57,283 nt of DNA from a bacterium (lineage in GTDB: Bacteria; Bacillota; Clostridia; Christensenellales; UBA1242). The notes beneath the pieces are model-generated. The model saw nothing but the letters and a program-made list of their open reading frames with translations. It did no database searches and was not told the DNA's origin. This document shows, piece by piece, positions 26,508-36,933 of this stretch (position 1 is the stretch's first letter; every line of letters starts with the position of its first letter). The stretch covers positions 1 through 57,283 of the forward strand of contig JAILMD010000035.1 in NCBI GenBank assembly GCA_024692805.1. The letters run 5' to 3'. A program made the position numbers and the translations under genes.

Positions 26508-27215
26508 ATGGAAGATTTAGAAGTTTTATATGAAGATAACCAAGTTATAGTTGTTAAAAAGCCACAAAACATTCCTAGCCAGGCTGACGAAAGTGGTGAC
26601 CCTGATATGCTGACTTTGGTTAAAGAATATGTTAAAGTTAAATATAATAAGCCGGGCGAGGCTTTTATTGGGCTCGTTCATAGGCTAGATAGACCAACCG
26701 GCGGAATTATGGTTTTTGCTAGAAACAGCAAGGCCGCTTCAAGGCTTGGCGAGCAAATCCAAAATGGAGAGTTTGAGAAAACATATTTTGCCGTTGTTAA
26801 AGGAAACCTTCCTGCTAGTCACGGAACATTAGTTAATTATCTTAAAAAAGATGAAAAAGATAATATGGTTAAAATTGTTCCGCAATCATCAGAAGGGGCT
26901 AAAAAGGCAGAGCTTGAATATTATTTATTAGAGAAAAAAGGCGAGTTTAACCTTGTTCAAGTTAAACTTAAAACGGGCAGGGGCCATCAAATTCGCGTTC
27001 AGTTTGCTAATATTAAGTGTCCTGTTTTTGGCGATCAAAAATATGGTGGAAAAGATATGCCAAAAGCTAACCTAAACTTGTTTGCAACAATTTTAAAGTT
27101 TACTCACCCAACAAATAAAAATAGGTTAACATTTAGATGTTTTCCACCAGAAGACCTTAATGCTTGGAATAAGTTTAATCTTGAAAAATATTTAAATCTT
27201 AATATTAATAACTAA
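26508..27215 (+). CDS. RluA-family pseudouridine synthase
   Basis: HRLDRPTGG catalytic-Asp motif and GRGHQIRVQ. ATG 26508 has an aggtgag RBS (the GTG at 26496 is also possible). Confidence 0.88.
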   Translation: MEDLEVLYEDNQVIVVKKPQNIPSQADESGDPDMLTLVKEYVKVKYNKPGEAFIGLVHRLDRPTGGIMVFARNSKAASRLGEQIQNGEFEKTYFAVVKGNLPASHGTLVNYLKKDEKDNMVKIVPQSSEGAKKAELEYYLLEKKGEFNLVQVKLKTGRGHQIRVQFANIKCPVFGDQKYGGKDMPKANLNLFATILKFTHPTNKNRLTFRCFPPEDLNAWNKFNLEKYLNLNINN

Positions 27216-27225
27216 AAATAGGTAA

Positions 27226-27260
27226 TAAAAAAACGCTCAAATTGAGCGTTTTTATTTTTT
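27226..27260. terminator. bidirectional terminator between convergent genes
   Basis: aacgctc-aaatt-gagcgtt hairpin flanked by an A run and a T run. Confidence 0.8.
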
Positions 27261-27716
27261 TTAATTATTTCCTGTTGAGCCAAAACCGCCGGTTCGCGTT
27301 GTTGTTATTTCGGCTTCATCTGTTACAGTTAAGAAAGGAATAAACATCCCTTGACCAAGTTTTTCGCCACGTTTAATAGAAAAGTCGTTGTCGGTTGTGT
27401 TAAACAATGCAAAACCAAGATTGCCATCATTTGATGGGTTGTTTGCATAATCACTTTCAATAATTCCTATTCCGTTAGCTAGCGTTATTCCTTTAAGACC
27501 CATGCTGCTTCGTGTTGCTAAAATAAGAGCAGTTGTTCCATCAAAGATTGCTTTAACATTAGTAAAAACTAGAGTAATTTTATGAGCGGGAAGGGTGACA
27601 TCAATAGGTGAGAAAAAGTCATAACAAACAGATGTTTTTGTTGCTCTTACAGGCATCTGTGGAGCGTGAGCATCATACTTTAAAAACTTTTCATCAACTT
27701 CTAAAAATTTTATCAT
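27261..27716 (-). CDS. dut: dUTP diphosphatase (trimeric dUTPase family)
   Basis: 151 aa. ATRSSMGLKG, GIIESDY, and the C-terminal RTGGFGSTG motif 5. Confidence 0.88.
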   Translation of the reverse strand: MIKFLEVDEKFLKYDAHAPQMPVRATKTSVCYDFFSPIDVTLPAHKITLVFTNVKAIFDGTTALILATRSSMGLKGITLANGIGIIESDYANNPSNDGNLGFALFNTTDNDFSIKRGEKLGQGMFIPFLTVTDEAEITTTRTGGFGSTGNN

Positions 27717-27787
27717 AAGACCTCCAAAAACCGCAGTTTTATTATTTTTTATTATAAAAACCGCTTAAAAACTTTAAAATTTGTCAT

Positions 27788-28783
27788 TTATTTCAATTTT
27801 GCTAGTTCAACGCTTAACGCAACAGTTGCACCAACAATTGGGTTGTTTCCCATTCCAATAAAGCCCATCATATCAACGTGAGCAGGAACGCTTGAAGAGC
27901 CTGCAAATTGTGCATCACTATGCATCCTTCCCATCGTATCAGTTAAGCCGTAACTAGCAGGGCCGGCTGCAACGTTATCTGGGTGAAGCGTTCTTCCAGT
28001 TCCGCCACCGCTAGCAACGCTGAAATATTTTTTGCCGTTTTCAGTTGCCCATTTTTTATAAGTTCCGGCAACAGGGTGTTGAAAGCGGGTTGGGTTAGTG
28101 CTGTTTCCGGTTATTGAAACGTCAACCTTTTCTAGTTGCATAATAGCAACGCCTTCGCTAACGCTATCAGCGCCATAAACCTTAACTTTGCTTCTTTCTG
28201 AATTAGAGAATTTAATTGTTTTCAAAACGTTTAATTTGTTGTTTTCATAATCAAATTGGGTTTGAACGTAAGTAAATCCATTGATTCTTGAAATGATATA
28301 AGCTGCGTCTTTTCCAAGCCCATTTAGAATAACGGTTAGGGGAGTTTTTCTAACGAGGTTAGCGGTATTAGCAATTCCAATTGCGCCTTCGGCAGCAGCA
28401 AAACTTTCATGGCCAGCAAGGAAACAGAAACTGCTTGTTTTTTCATCAAGAAGCATACTTGCAAGGTTTCCGTGACCAAGACCAACTTGGCGAGTGTCAG
28501 CAACGCTTCCTTTAACACAGAAAGATTGTAAGCCTTCGCCTAAAGTTTTAGCAATTGTTTTAGCATCTTTTTCTTTTCTAACAATACTAACAGCGGCGCC
28601 ACAAATATAAGCCCAAACAGCATTATCAAAACAAATTGTTTGAACGCCTCTAACTGTTTTATTAACGTCAATTCCGTGTTGCTTACAAATTTGCTCCGCT
28701 TCTTCAAGGTTTTTAATTCCGTTCGCGTTTAAAAACGCTAGGATATTTTTTAATCTTTTTTCTTTTCCTTCAAATTCAACCAT
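27788..28783 (-). CDS. GGGtGRT-family protein (uncharacterised)
   Basis: 331 aa. The literal GGGTGRT is encoded at 28009-27989 (ggt ggc gga act gga aga acg). Length matches my recollection of the family (about 330-355 aa). Confidence 0.85.
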   Translation of the reverse strand: MVEFEGKEKRLKNILAFLNANGIKNLEEAEQICKQHGIDVNKTVRGVQTICFDNAVWAYICGAAVSIVRKEKDAKTIAKTLGEGLQSFCVKGSVADTRQVGLGHGNLASMLLDEKTSSFCFLAGHESFAAAEGAIGIANTANLVRKTPLTVILNGLGKDAAYIISRINGFTYVQTQFDYENNKLNVLKTIKFSNSERSKVKVYGADSVSEGVAIMQLEKVDVSITGNSTNPTRFQHPVAGTYKKWATENGKKYFSVASGGGTGRTLHPDNVAAGPASYGLTDTMGRMHSDAQFAGSSSVPAHVDMMGFIGMGNNPIVGATVALSVELAKLK

Positions 28784-28788
28784 TTACT

Positions 28789-29481
28789 TTACTCCTTTCT
28801 TGGATCAATGACTAATTTTGCTTCTTTAAACCTGCCATAAATTTTAGTGTTATTTTTTATAGCTTCAGCAGGGTTAACGCCGGCTTTAATTTCGTTCATC
28901 ATTTTTCCAATAGCAACATATTCATAACCAATAATTTCGTGGTTAGCGTCAAGACCAAGTTTAGTTATATATCCTTCAGCAGTTTGAAGATATCTTGGCC
29001 CTTTAACTTTTGTTGAATAAATTGTTCCAATTTGGCTAGTTAAACCTTTTCCAAGGTCTTCAAGCCCAGCGCCGATATCAAGACCACCCAAAGAAAAGGC
29101 TGATTGACTTCGGCCGTAAGCGAGTTGTAAAAATAATTCGCGCATTGCAACATTGATTGCATCGCAAACTAGGTCAGTGTTGAGCGCTTCAAGAAGCGTT
29201 TTGCCTGGTAAAATTTCGCCAGCCATTGCAGCACTATGGGTCATACCGCTGCAACCAATTGTTTCAACAAGGGCTTCCTCAATAATTCCGTTTTTAACAT
29301 TAAGAGTTAGTTTGCAAGCGCCTTGTTGAGGGGCACAAGTTCCAACTCCGTGAGTTAAACCGCATAAATTTTTAATTTCAACAGCATTAACCCATTTTCC
29401 TTCTTCAGGAATAGGGGCGCTAGCATGTTTTGCTCCGCCGGCAACGGGGCACATATTTTTAACGTGATTTGTTTGCTCCAT
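28789..29481 (-). CDS. NifU/IscU-N-terminal-like Fe-S scaffold-like protein (uncharacterised)
   Basis: 230 aa. IscU-like core CKLTLNVKNGIIEEALVETIGCSGMTHSAAMAGEILPGKTLLEAL plus extra Cys (MCPVAGG, GTCAPQQGAC). 5 nt upstream of the GGGtGRT gene. Confidence 0.7.
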   Translation of the reverse strand: MEQTNHVKNMCPVAGGAKHASAPIPEEGKWVNAVEIKNLCGLTHGVGTCAPQQGACKLTLNVKNGIIEEALVETIGCSGMTHSAAMAGEILPGKTLLEALNTDLVCDAINVAMRELFLQLAYGRSQSAFSLGGLDIGAGLEDLGKGLTSQIGTIYSTKVKGPRYLQTAEGYITKLGLDANHEIIGYEYVAIGKMMNEIKAGVNPAEAIKNNTKIYGRFKEAKLVIDPRKE

Positions 29482-29528
29482 ATTTTTCTCCTTACTTAAT
29501 AAGTATATATTATTTAAAAGTTATTATC

Positions 29529-29559
29529 AAACAAATTAACACACATGCCAAATTTGTTT
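29529..29559. promoter_or_regulatory. 9-bp inverted repeat in a divergent promoter region (candidate operator)
   Basis: aaacaaatt (29529-29537), 13-nt spacer, aatttgttt (29551-29559). Lies between the NifU-like operon and yigZ. Confidence 0.3.
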
Positions 29560-29603
29560 TGTAAAACACTTAAAATTTGGTATTATGATTATAGAGGGAT
29601 ATT

Positions 29604-30239
29604 ATGGGGAGTGTTACTGAATATTTAACAGTTGATGGAACCAACGCGCTTGAAGTTGATGAGAAGCGCTCAAGGTTTATTGGCGTTGTAACTCACGTTG
29701 AAAGCGTTGCTGATGTTGATAGTTTTTTAGAGAAGTTAAGAAAGAGCAATAAAGATGCTAAACATATTGCATATGGCTATTGTTTAGGTAAAGATTCTTC
29801 AACTTCAAAGAATAATGATGATGGTGAGCCAGGCGGAAGCGCAGGAGCCCCTATAACTGAGGCAATAACTAAATCAGGAATAACTGATTGTTTGGTTTGT
29901 GTTGTTAGATATTTTGGTGGAATTCAATTAGGAAAGAGCAAACTAACACGAACTTATTTTAACGCGGCTTTTGAAGCGATAAAACAAAGTAAAAAGGTTA
30001 GAATGGTTGATTGCGCAATTTATGGATTAACCATTAAATATCCTGATTTTGTTAGCATTGGAACATATTTAAGAGATAATCATATTCCAATTATTAGCGC
30101 TGAATATGGTGACGTTGTTAGCCTTAGGGTTGCTTTTCCGGTTGAAGAAATAGATAAGCACATTTCAGAGATTAAGATGAAAATTGAAGAAGAATTTATG
30201 TGCTCTAAAATTGATGCTGGATATTTTAAAATGGATTAA
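29604..30239 (+). CDS. yigZ: YigZ/IMPACT-family protein (UPF0029)
   Basis: KRSRFIG..., HIAYGY, and NDDGEPGGSAGAPI signature. Confidence 0.88.
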   Translation: MGSVTEYLTVDGTNALEVDEKRSRFIGVVTHVESVADVDSFLEKLRKSNKDAKHIAYGYCLGKDSSTSKNNDDGEPGGSAGAPITEAITKSGITDCLVCVVRYFGGIQLGKSKLTRTYFNAAFEAIKQSKKVRMVDCAIYGLTIKYPDFVSIGTYLRDNHIPIISAEYGDVVSLRVAFPVEEIDKHISEIKMKIEEEFMCSKIDAGYFKMD

Positions 30240-30240
30240 T

Positions 30241-30867
30241 ATGGCGAAAATAACTGATATAACAAGGCAGAAACGAAAGAATAGAATTAACCTTTATGTT
30301 GATAACTCATTTTATTGTGGACTAAATGTTGAAACTGCTGTTAAAAACGGCATTGTTATTGGCGCTGAGTTTGATGAAAGCGAGTTAGAACAAATTATTG
30401 GTGAAAGTGAAACAAGAGGAGCCCTAGACTATGCGCTAGGGCTTGTTTCAAAAAAACTTTATTCTGAATATGAGATTGTTGAAAAGTTAAAAAATAAAGG
30501 TTATGGCCAAAAAATTATTGATTGTGTTTTAGAAAAATTAAGGGAATATAGGCTTGTTGATGATCAAAGATTTGCCGAAACTTTCGCGAAAAATCAAAGC
30601 AGATATGGCAAGAAAATGATTGCTTTAAAACTAGGGCGAAAGGGAATTGGTAAAGATTTAACTAGAATGGTTGAAAATAACATTTCTGATCAAGATGAGA
30701 TGGAAAAAATTAAAACTATTTCCGTAAAATATTTAAACAATAAAGAGAGAAATAAAGAAACTTTTCAAAAACTTTATAGATATCTCTTTTCTAAGGGGTT
30801 TGAATATGATTCTATTTCAAATTACATTTCAAAATTAAAAGGAGAAGATGATGAAAGTTGGAATTGA
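30241..30867 (+). CDS. recX: recombination regulator RecX
   Basis: ITDITRQKRKNRINLYVD start and three-repeat helical RecX-like layout. ATG 30241 follows the yigZ stop by 1 nt. Confidence 0.85.
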   Translation: MAKITDITRQKRKNRINLYVDNSFYCGLNVETAVKNGIVIGAEFDESELEQIIGESETRGALDYALGLVSKKLYSEYEIVEKLKNKGYGQKIIDCVLEKLREYRLVDDQRFAETFAKNQSRYGKKMIALKLGRKGIGKDLTRMVENNISDQDEMEKIKTISVKYLNNKERNKETFQKLYRYLFSKGFEYDSISNYISKLKGEDDESWN

Positions 30868-31243
30868 TTTAGTTATGGTTGAAAGGTTTAAAGACATTGC
30901 CAAAAACCTTGAAAAGAGCAAAAAAATCTTTACTGATTTAGAAATTAAATACATAAATTCAAAACGTGGAAGCCTTGATGAAGAACAAAAATTGCCCCCA
31001 TTCTTAAAAACAACAGCCGGAATTTATGCTGCTAAAGAAGCAGTTTTGAAGGCTTTAGGGGTTGGAATTGGCAATGGAATCGGTTTAAATGAGGTTGAAA
31101 TTGACCACGATTTGATGGGTGCTTGCGTGGTAAAATTGACGAAAAATGCAGAAAATGAGCAAAAAAGGCTTGAAATTAGTCAAATTTTAGTCAATATTTC
31201 GCACGATGGAGACTATGCAACAGCAGTGTGCATTTTATTATAA
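30848..31243 (+). CDS. acpS: holo-[acyl-carrier-protein] synthase
   Basis: KVGIDLVMVERF and AAKEAVLKALG motifs. 20-nt overlap with recX. Confidence 0.88.
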   Translation: MMKVGIDLVMVERFKDIAKNLEKSKKIFTDLEIKYINSKRGSLDEEQKLPPFLKTTAGIYAAKEAVLKALGVGIGNGIGLNEVEIDHDLMGACVVKLTKNAENEQKRLEISQILVNISHDGDYATAVCILL

Positions 31244-31337
31244 ATTGCAGTTTTTTATCAAATAGGTATTGACATTAAAACCGATTTATGATAGAATATC
31301 CTAGGCTTAAAAAAGAGGAAAATTAAGGAGAATTAAA

Positions 31338-33128
31338 ATGGCAAATAAGAGTGGAACATTAGGTGCAATGATCCATATTAAATCAGAAGAAGATAATGAC
31401 GTAATCAAAGCAGTAGATTACGATTTAGCAACTGATCCTAAGTCTTTAAGGTATCAATTAAATGAAGGCGACTATTATAAGGATAGGTTCTTCCATAGGC
31501 TTGGTCTTGTTTTTGATTCTGATGATAAGATGAAATCAATGATTGATAGCATTGGTAAAGAAAGTATCAAAAAAATGTGTGTTGCTTTCGCTAACTTAAA
31601 TAAGGATGAACTTGATGAAATAATCAATTCTAAAGATGAAGAACTTAATAGAGAAGCTTTTAATAAGCTTGTTATTGCTGCTAATCAACTTTTCTATTTC
31701 TTCAAAACGGGTGATGAAATTCTTCAAACAAGAGTTGATCATCAAGTAACTAATGTTGAAAATATTGGAACAGCAGTTGCATTTAGTAATTATGTTAAGA
31801 GCGAACAGGCTCATCTTGAGGAATTAAATAACTTCAACAAAGCGCTTGATGAAAGAGCAGATAGCTTTACTAATGAAGCTGAAAAACAAGATGTTAAGAG
31901 ATTTGCAGTTTGGGTTAAAAATTCAATTGAAGAAATTCAAAACAGCCAAACTGGTAAGAATCTTCAAATTGCTGGTCTTCAATCAACAGTTGACAAACTT
32001 GAAGCAGAAGCGGTTGCTCCAGTTATTGTTCCTGCTAAGAAAAAGACTTTAAAACAAGTTGTTCAAGTTGCAGTTGCAACAATCCTTGTTGGTGGAGCTC
32101 TTGCTATTGGTGTTTTACTTGGCAACTCAAGAGCAGCAGATAAGCTTAGAGCGTATGCAGATAAAGTTTCTGATAGAGATGCTACTATTACAGAACTTCA
32201 AGGTGAAAATAATGATTTAAGGCAAACAATTGAAGGCCAAGATCTTACTATTGATGCATGGGAAAAGAGAGCAAAAGAATTAATGGACGAAAATAATGCT
32301 TATAGAAGAGCATTCCCAGATACTGCTGATTCTGATAAAGATGGCGTTGTTAGTCCTGAAGAAGGTGCCGCTTATATTAAAGAACTTCTTGAAAATGGTC
32401 TTACTCAAGCTGATCTTGAAGCTGCAAAAGAAGCCGTTAGAGAAGAATATGAAGACAGAATTGCTGACTTAGAAGAAAGACTTGCTAACACTGTTTCTGA
32501 AGATGATTATAATGATCTTCGTCAACGTTACAATGACTTAAAGAAGAAATATGATAACACTTTAGATAAGCTTGAATTATTAGAGGGCAGGGTTAGTGAA
32601 TTAGAAAACCTTGTTCAAGCTAAAGATGAAACAATTAGAATGCTTGAAGAAGATTTGAGTGAAGCTCTTCAAAATCAAGATGATCCATCATTAGTTGCTG
32701 ATCTTAGACAACAAATTGCTGATTTGCAAGATGAAAATGCTAGCAAAGATGCTATTATTGATGCGCTTCAAGATAAACTTGATAGAGCAGTAACTCCTGA
32801 AGAAAAAGCAAGATTAGAACAAAGAATTGCTGAACTTGAAAATAAAAATACATCACTTAAAGCTGAAAATACATCACTTAAAGCTGAAAATGCATCACTT
32901 AAAGCCGAAAGAGACGATATCTTAGCTAGATATCTTGAATTACTTGATCAAATCAACGAAGATTATCAAGAAGTTTCAGATAACAAACCAACCGGTGGTA
33001 ATGAAGCAGTTAATGCTAGTGATGAAAACACTGACAACAATGGTAACCCAACTGATGACGTTAATCATAGTGGTAACACAGTTGGTCAAAACCCTGGCGA
33101 AGACGAAAACGAAGATATGCAAAACTAA
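31338..33128 (+). CDS. bitopic membrane protein with long coiled coil and C-terminal low-complexity tail (596 aa)
   Basis: RBS aaggag. One TM (VAVATILVGGALAIGVLLG) near aa 245. Heptad-rich C-terminal half with LKAEN repeats. Confidence 0.8.
   Translation: MANKSGTLGAMIHIKSEEDNDVIKAVDYDLATDPKSLRYQLNEGDYYKDRFFHRLGLVFDSDDKMKSMIDSIGKESIKKMCVAFANLNKDELDEIINSKDEELNREAFNKLVIAANQLFYFFKTGDEILQTRVDHQVTNVENIGTAVAFSNYVKSEQAHLEELNNFNKALDERADSFTNEAEKQDVKRFAVWVKNSIEEIQNSQTGKNLQIAGLQSTVDKLEAEAVAPVIVPAKKKTLKQVVQVAVATILVGGALAIGVLLGNSRAADKLRAYADKVSDRDATITELQGENNDLRQTIEGQDLTIDAWEKRAKELMDENNAYRRAFPDTADSDKDGVVSPEEGAAYIKELLENGLTQADLEAAKEAVREEYEDRIADLEERLANTVSEDDYNDLRQRYNDLKKKYDNTLDKLELLEGRVSELENLVQAKDETIRMLEEDLSEALQNQDDPSLVADLRQQIADLQDENASKDAIIDALQDKLDRAVTPEEKARLEQRIAELENKNTSLKAENTSLKAENASLKAERDDILARYLELLDQINEDYQEVSDNKPTGGNEAVNASDENTDNNGNPTDDVNHSGNTVGQNPGEDENEDMQN
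32847..32909 (+). repeat. 3 x 21-nt in-frame tandem repeat (NTSLKAE)
   Basis: aatacatcacttaaagctgaa at 32847 and 32868. The third unit at 32889 has 2 mismatches. Confidence 0.9.
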
Positions 33129-33136
33129 TTAATTTA

Positions 33137-33161
33137 AGACGCGCTCAGCGCGTCTTTTTTT
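33137..33161 (+). terminator. rho-independent terminator
   Basis: agacgcgc-tca-gcgcgtct hairpin plus T7. Confidence 0.85.
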
Positions 33162-33208
33162 ATCCCTTTAAGATTGACACTTTTTTCAAATAATAATATA
33201 ATAAAACT

Positions 33209-33976
33209 ATGGAACTATTGTTAGATAGAGTTGCCTTTACTATATTTGGTTTTGACGTTTATTGGTATGGTCTTATTATTGCTTGTGCGATATTAGTTGC
33301 CTTTTGTTTGTCGTTTATTTTAACTAAACCAAAAGGGCTTTCTAAAGATATGCCGATTGATGTTTTCTTGGCGATAGTTCCGCTTGGAATAATCTGCGCT
33401 AGGCTCTTTTCTGTTATTTTTGATTCGCAAACAACAATACTTGATTTCTTTAAGTTTAGAGATGGCGGAATGAGTATTATTGGAGCAATACTTGGCGGTG
33501 TTATTGGAATTCTTATTTTATGCAAGATCAAAAAATATAAGTTCCTTCAAGTTTCAGATTTAATTGTTCCCGTTTTAATTTTGGCTCAGGCCATTGGAAG
33601 ATGGGGGAATTTTGCTAATGGCGAAGTTTATGGCTGGGTTATAAATAATCCTAGTTTTCAATTTTTTCCAATAGCAGTTGATATTTCTGGAACGTGGCAT
33701 ATGGCGCTTTTCTTCTATGAGTTTGTTTTTAATATTCTTGGCGCTGTTATGTTATTCTTGCTTTACTATAAAACAAAGAAAACCGGAATTTGTACGGGAG
33801 CATATCTTGTTTATTATGGAATTGTTAGGCTTGTTTTAGAAACATTTAGAGATAGCCAATTTATTCTAAGGCTTTGGGGGCTTCCAATCTCTCAAATTAT
33901 TAGCGGAATATTTATTATTGTTGGAATTATTATTCTAATTTTAGTGAACAAAAAGGAAAAGAAAAATGAAAGATAA
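33209..33976 (+). CDS. lgt: prolipoprotein diacylglyceryl transferase
   Basis: Polytopic membrane protein with the GRWGNFANGE motif and Y..GIVRLVLETFR. Confidence 0.92.
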   Translation: MELLLDRVAFTIFGFDVYWYGLIIACAILVAFCLSFILTKPKGLSKDMPIDVFLAIVPLGIICARLFSVIFDSQTTILDFFKFRDGGMSIIGAILGGVIGILILCKIKKYKFLQVSDLIVPVLILAQAIGRWGNFANGEVYGWVINNPSFQFFPIAVDISGTWHMALFFYEFVFNILGAVMLFLLYYKTKKTGICTGAYLVYYGIVRLVLETFRDSQFILRLWGLPISQIISGIFIIVGIIILILVNKKEKKNER

Positions 33977-34610
33977 AGAGCAGTTTTATTCACAAAAAGA
34001 ATTTGAAGAAAAGTTAAAAAGTGAGCTTAGAGATAAAGAAACTGAGCTCAGCAAACAGCGCGATAAAATTATGGATTTAAAGCGCGAAATAATTAGGCTT
34101 CAAAAGGAAATGGATATTATTGATGCGCGTGAGATTGAGGTTAGTGCTGCTATAAATAAATATAAGAGTAAGTCTAGTTTTCTTGAAAACATAATTAAAA
34201 TGAGGCTTGACATTGAAATTGTTAGGCTTGAAAATGTTTATGAAAATGTTATGAAGGTTTGCCCTGAGTTTAATGATAGCGAGTTTGTTGCTGTTTTAAA
34301 ATCACTTAAAGCGCTTAGAAAAGATGCGACGGAAGTTGAGGAAATCGCCAAAATTAAAGGCGAGTCAAACCAAAGCAAAGCCGATTCGCTTGAAGAAAGA
34401 TATCATAAACTTCTTGCTATTTATGAATATGCAATGGCTGAAGCTGGTGATAAAAAACGTGGAAGGCCTAAGAAAGAAGCTGATAATATTGAAACTTTCT
34501 TAAAGCGTAAAAAAGAGGAAAGCGATCGAAAGAAGAAGGAATCATTTGACTTTGATGAGGCGCTTAACCCAACAGAAAGTTTAGATAAAATTATGAAAGA
34601 TTTGGTTTAA
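33966..34610 (+). CDS. hypothetical coiled-coil protein (214 aa) with a basic KKRGRPKK segment
   Basis: 11-nt overlap with lgt. Charged and helical. No family recognised. Confidence 0.65.
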   Translation: MKDKEQFYSQKEFEEKLKSELRDKETELSKQRDKIMDLKREIIRLQKEMDIIDAREIEVSAAINKYKSKSSFLENIIKMRLDIEIVRLENVYENVMKVCPEFNDSEFVAVLKSLKALRKDATEVEEIAKIKGESNQSKADSLEERYHKLLAIYEYAMAEAGDKKRGRPKKEADNIETFLKRKKEESDRKKKESFDFDEALNPTESLDKIMKDLV

Positions 34611-34637
34611 AAAATGGCTTAAATAAGCCATTTTTTG
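34610..34637. terminator. bidirectional terminator
   Basis: aatggctt-aaat-aagccatt hairpin flanked by A and T runs, between convergent genes. Confidence 0.8.
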
Positions 34638-34664
34638 TTTTAGAATTATAGTGGTTTTGATTGA

Positions 34665-36543
<1,879 letters not shown>

Positions 36544-36583
36544 AATTTTCTCCTCTTAATTATTTTATAAAAATGGTTATTAA

Positions 36584-36649
36584 GTTTGTGATAGAAATAG
36601 GGCAGTTATTTGATTTGTTTAGTTTAATTGCTCGATTTTTATCACAAAC
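36584..36649 (-). promoter_or_regulatory. 10-bp perfect inverted repeat in the groES leader
   Basis: gtttgtgata (36584-36593), 46-nt spacer, tatcacaaac (36640-36649). Lies between the candidate promoter and the RBS. Confidence 0.4.
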
Positions 36650-36662
36650 CTAACACCTTCAT

Positions 36663-36690
36663 TTTATATTACCCTAATTGACTAATTCAA
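36663..36690 (-). promoter_or_regulatory. candidate groESL promoter
   Basis: Minus strand: TTGAAT (36690-36685), 16-nt spacer, TATAAA (36668-36663). Confidence 0.4.
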
Positions 36691-36933
36691 TAAAGGGTGA
36701 CGCGATTTTTTAAAAAATAACTATTATGTTTAATATACTATTCAAATAAAAAACTGCAAAAAACCTCGAAACTAGCGTAAAAAGCGCAATATTTTATAAA
36801 ATTATTAACATCTAATGACAAAATGAGGGGCTTGTTGCTTAAACCCATTTAAAACCCTTAAATTTTATAAATATAGTTAAATTGTTTGTTTTATTGTAAA
36901 AATATGTTAAAATAATTATAAGGGGATAGAATT

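Noticed and set aside
36544-36933. Looked for CIRCE (TTAGCACTC-N9-GAGTGCTAA) and CtsR boxes upstream of groES.
   Set aside because: Neither half-site is present on either strand. Reported instead as an absence plus an alternative inverted repeat.
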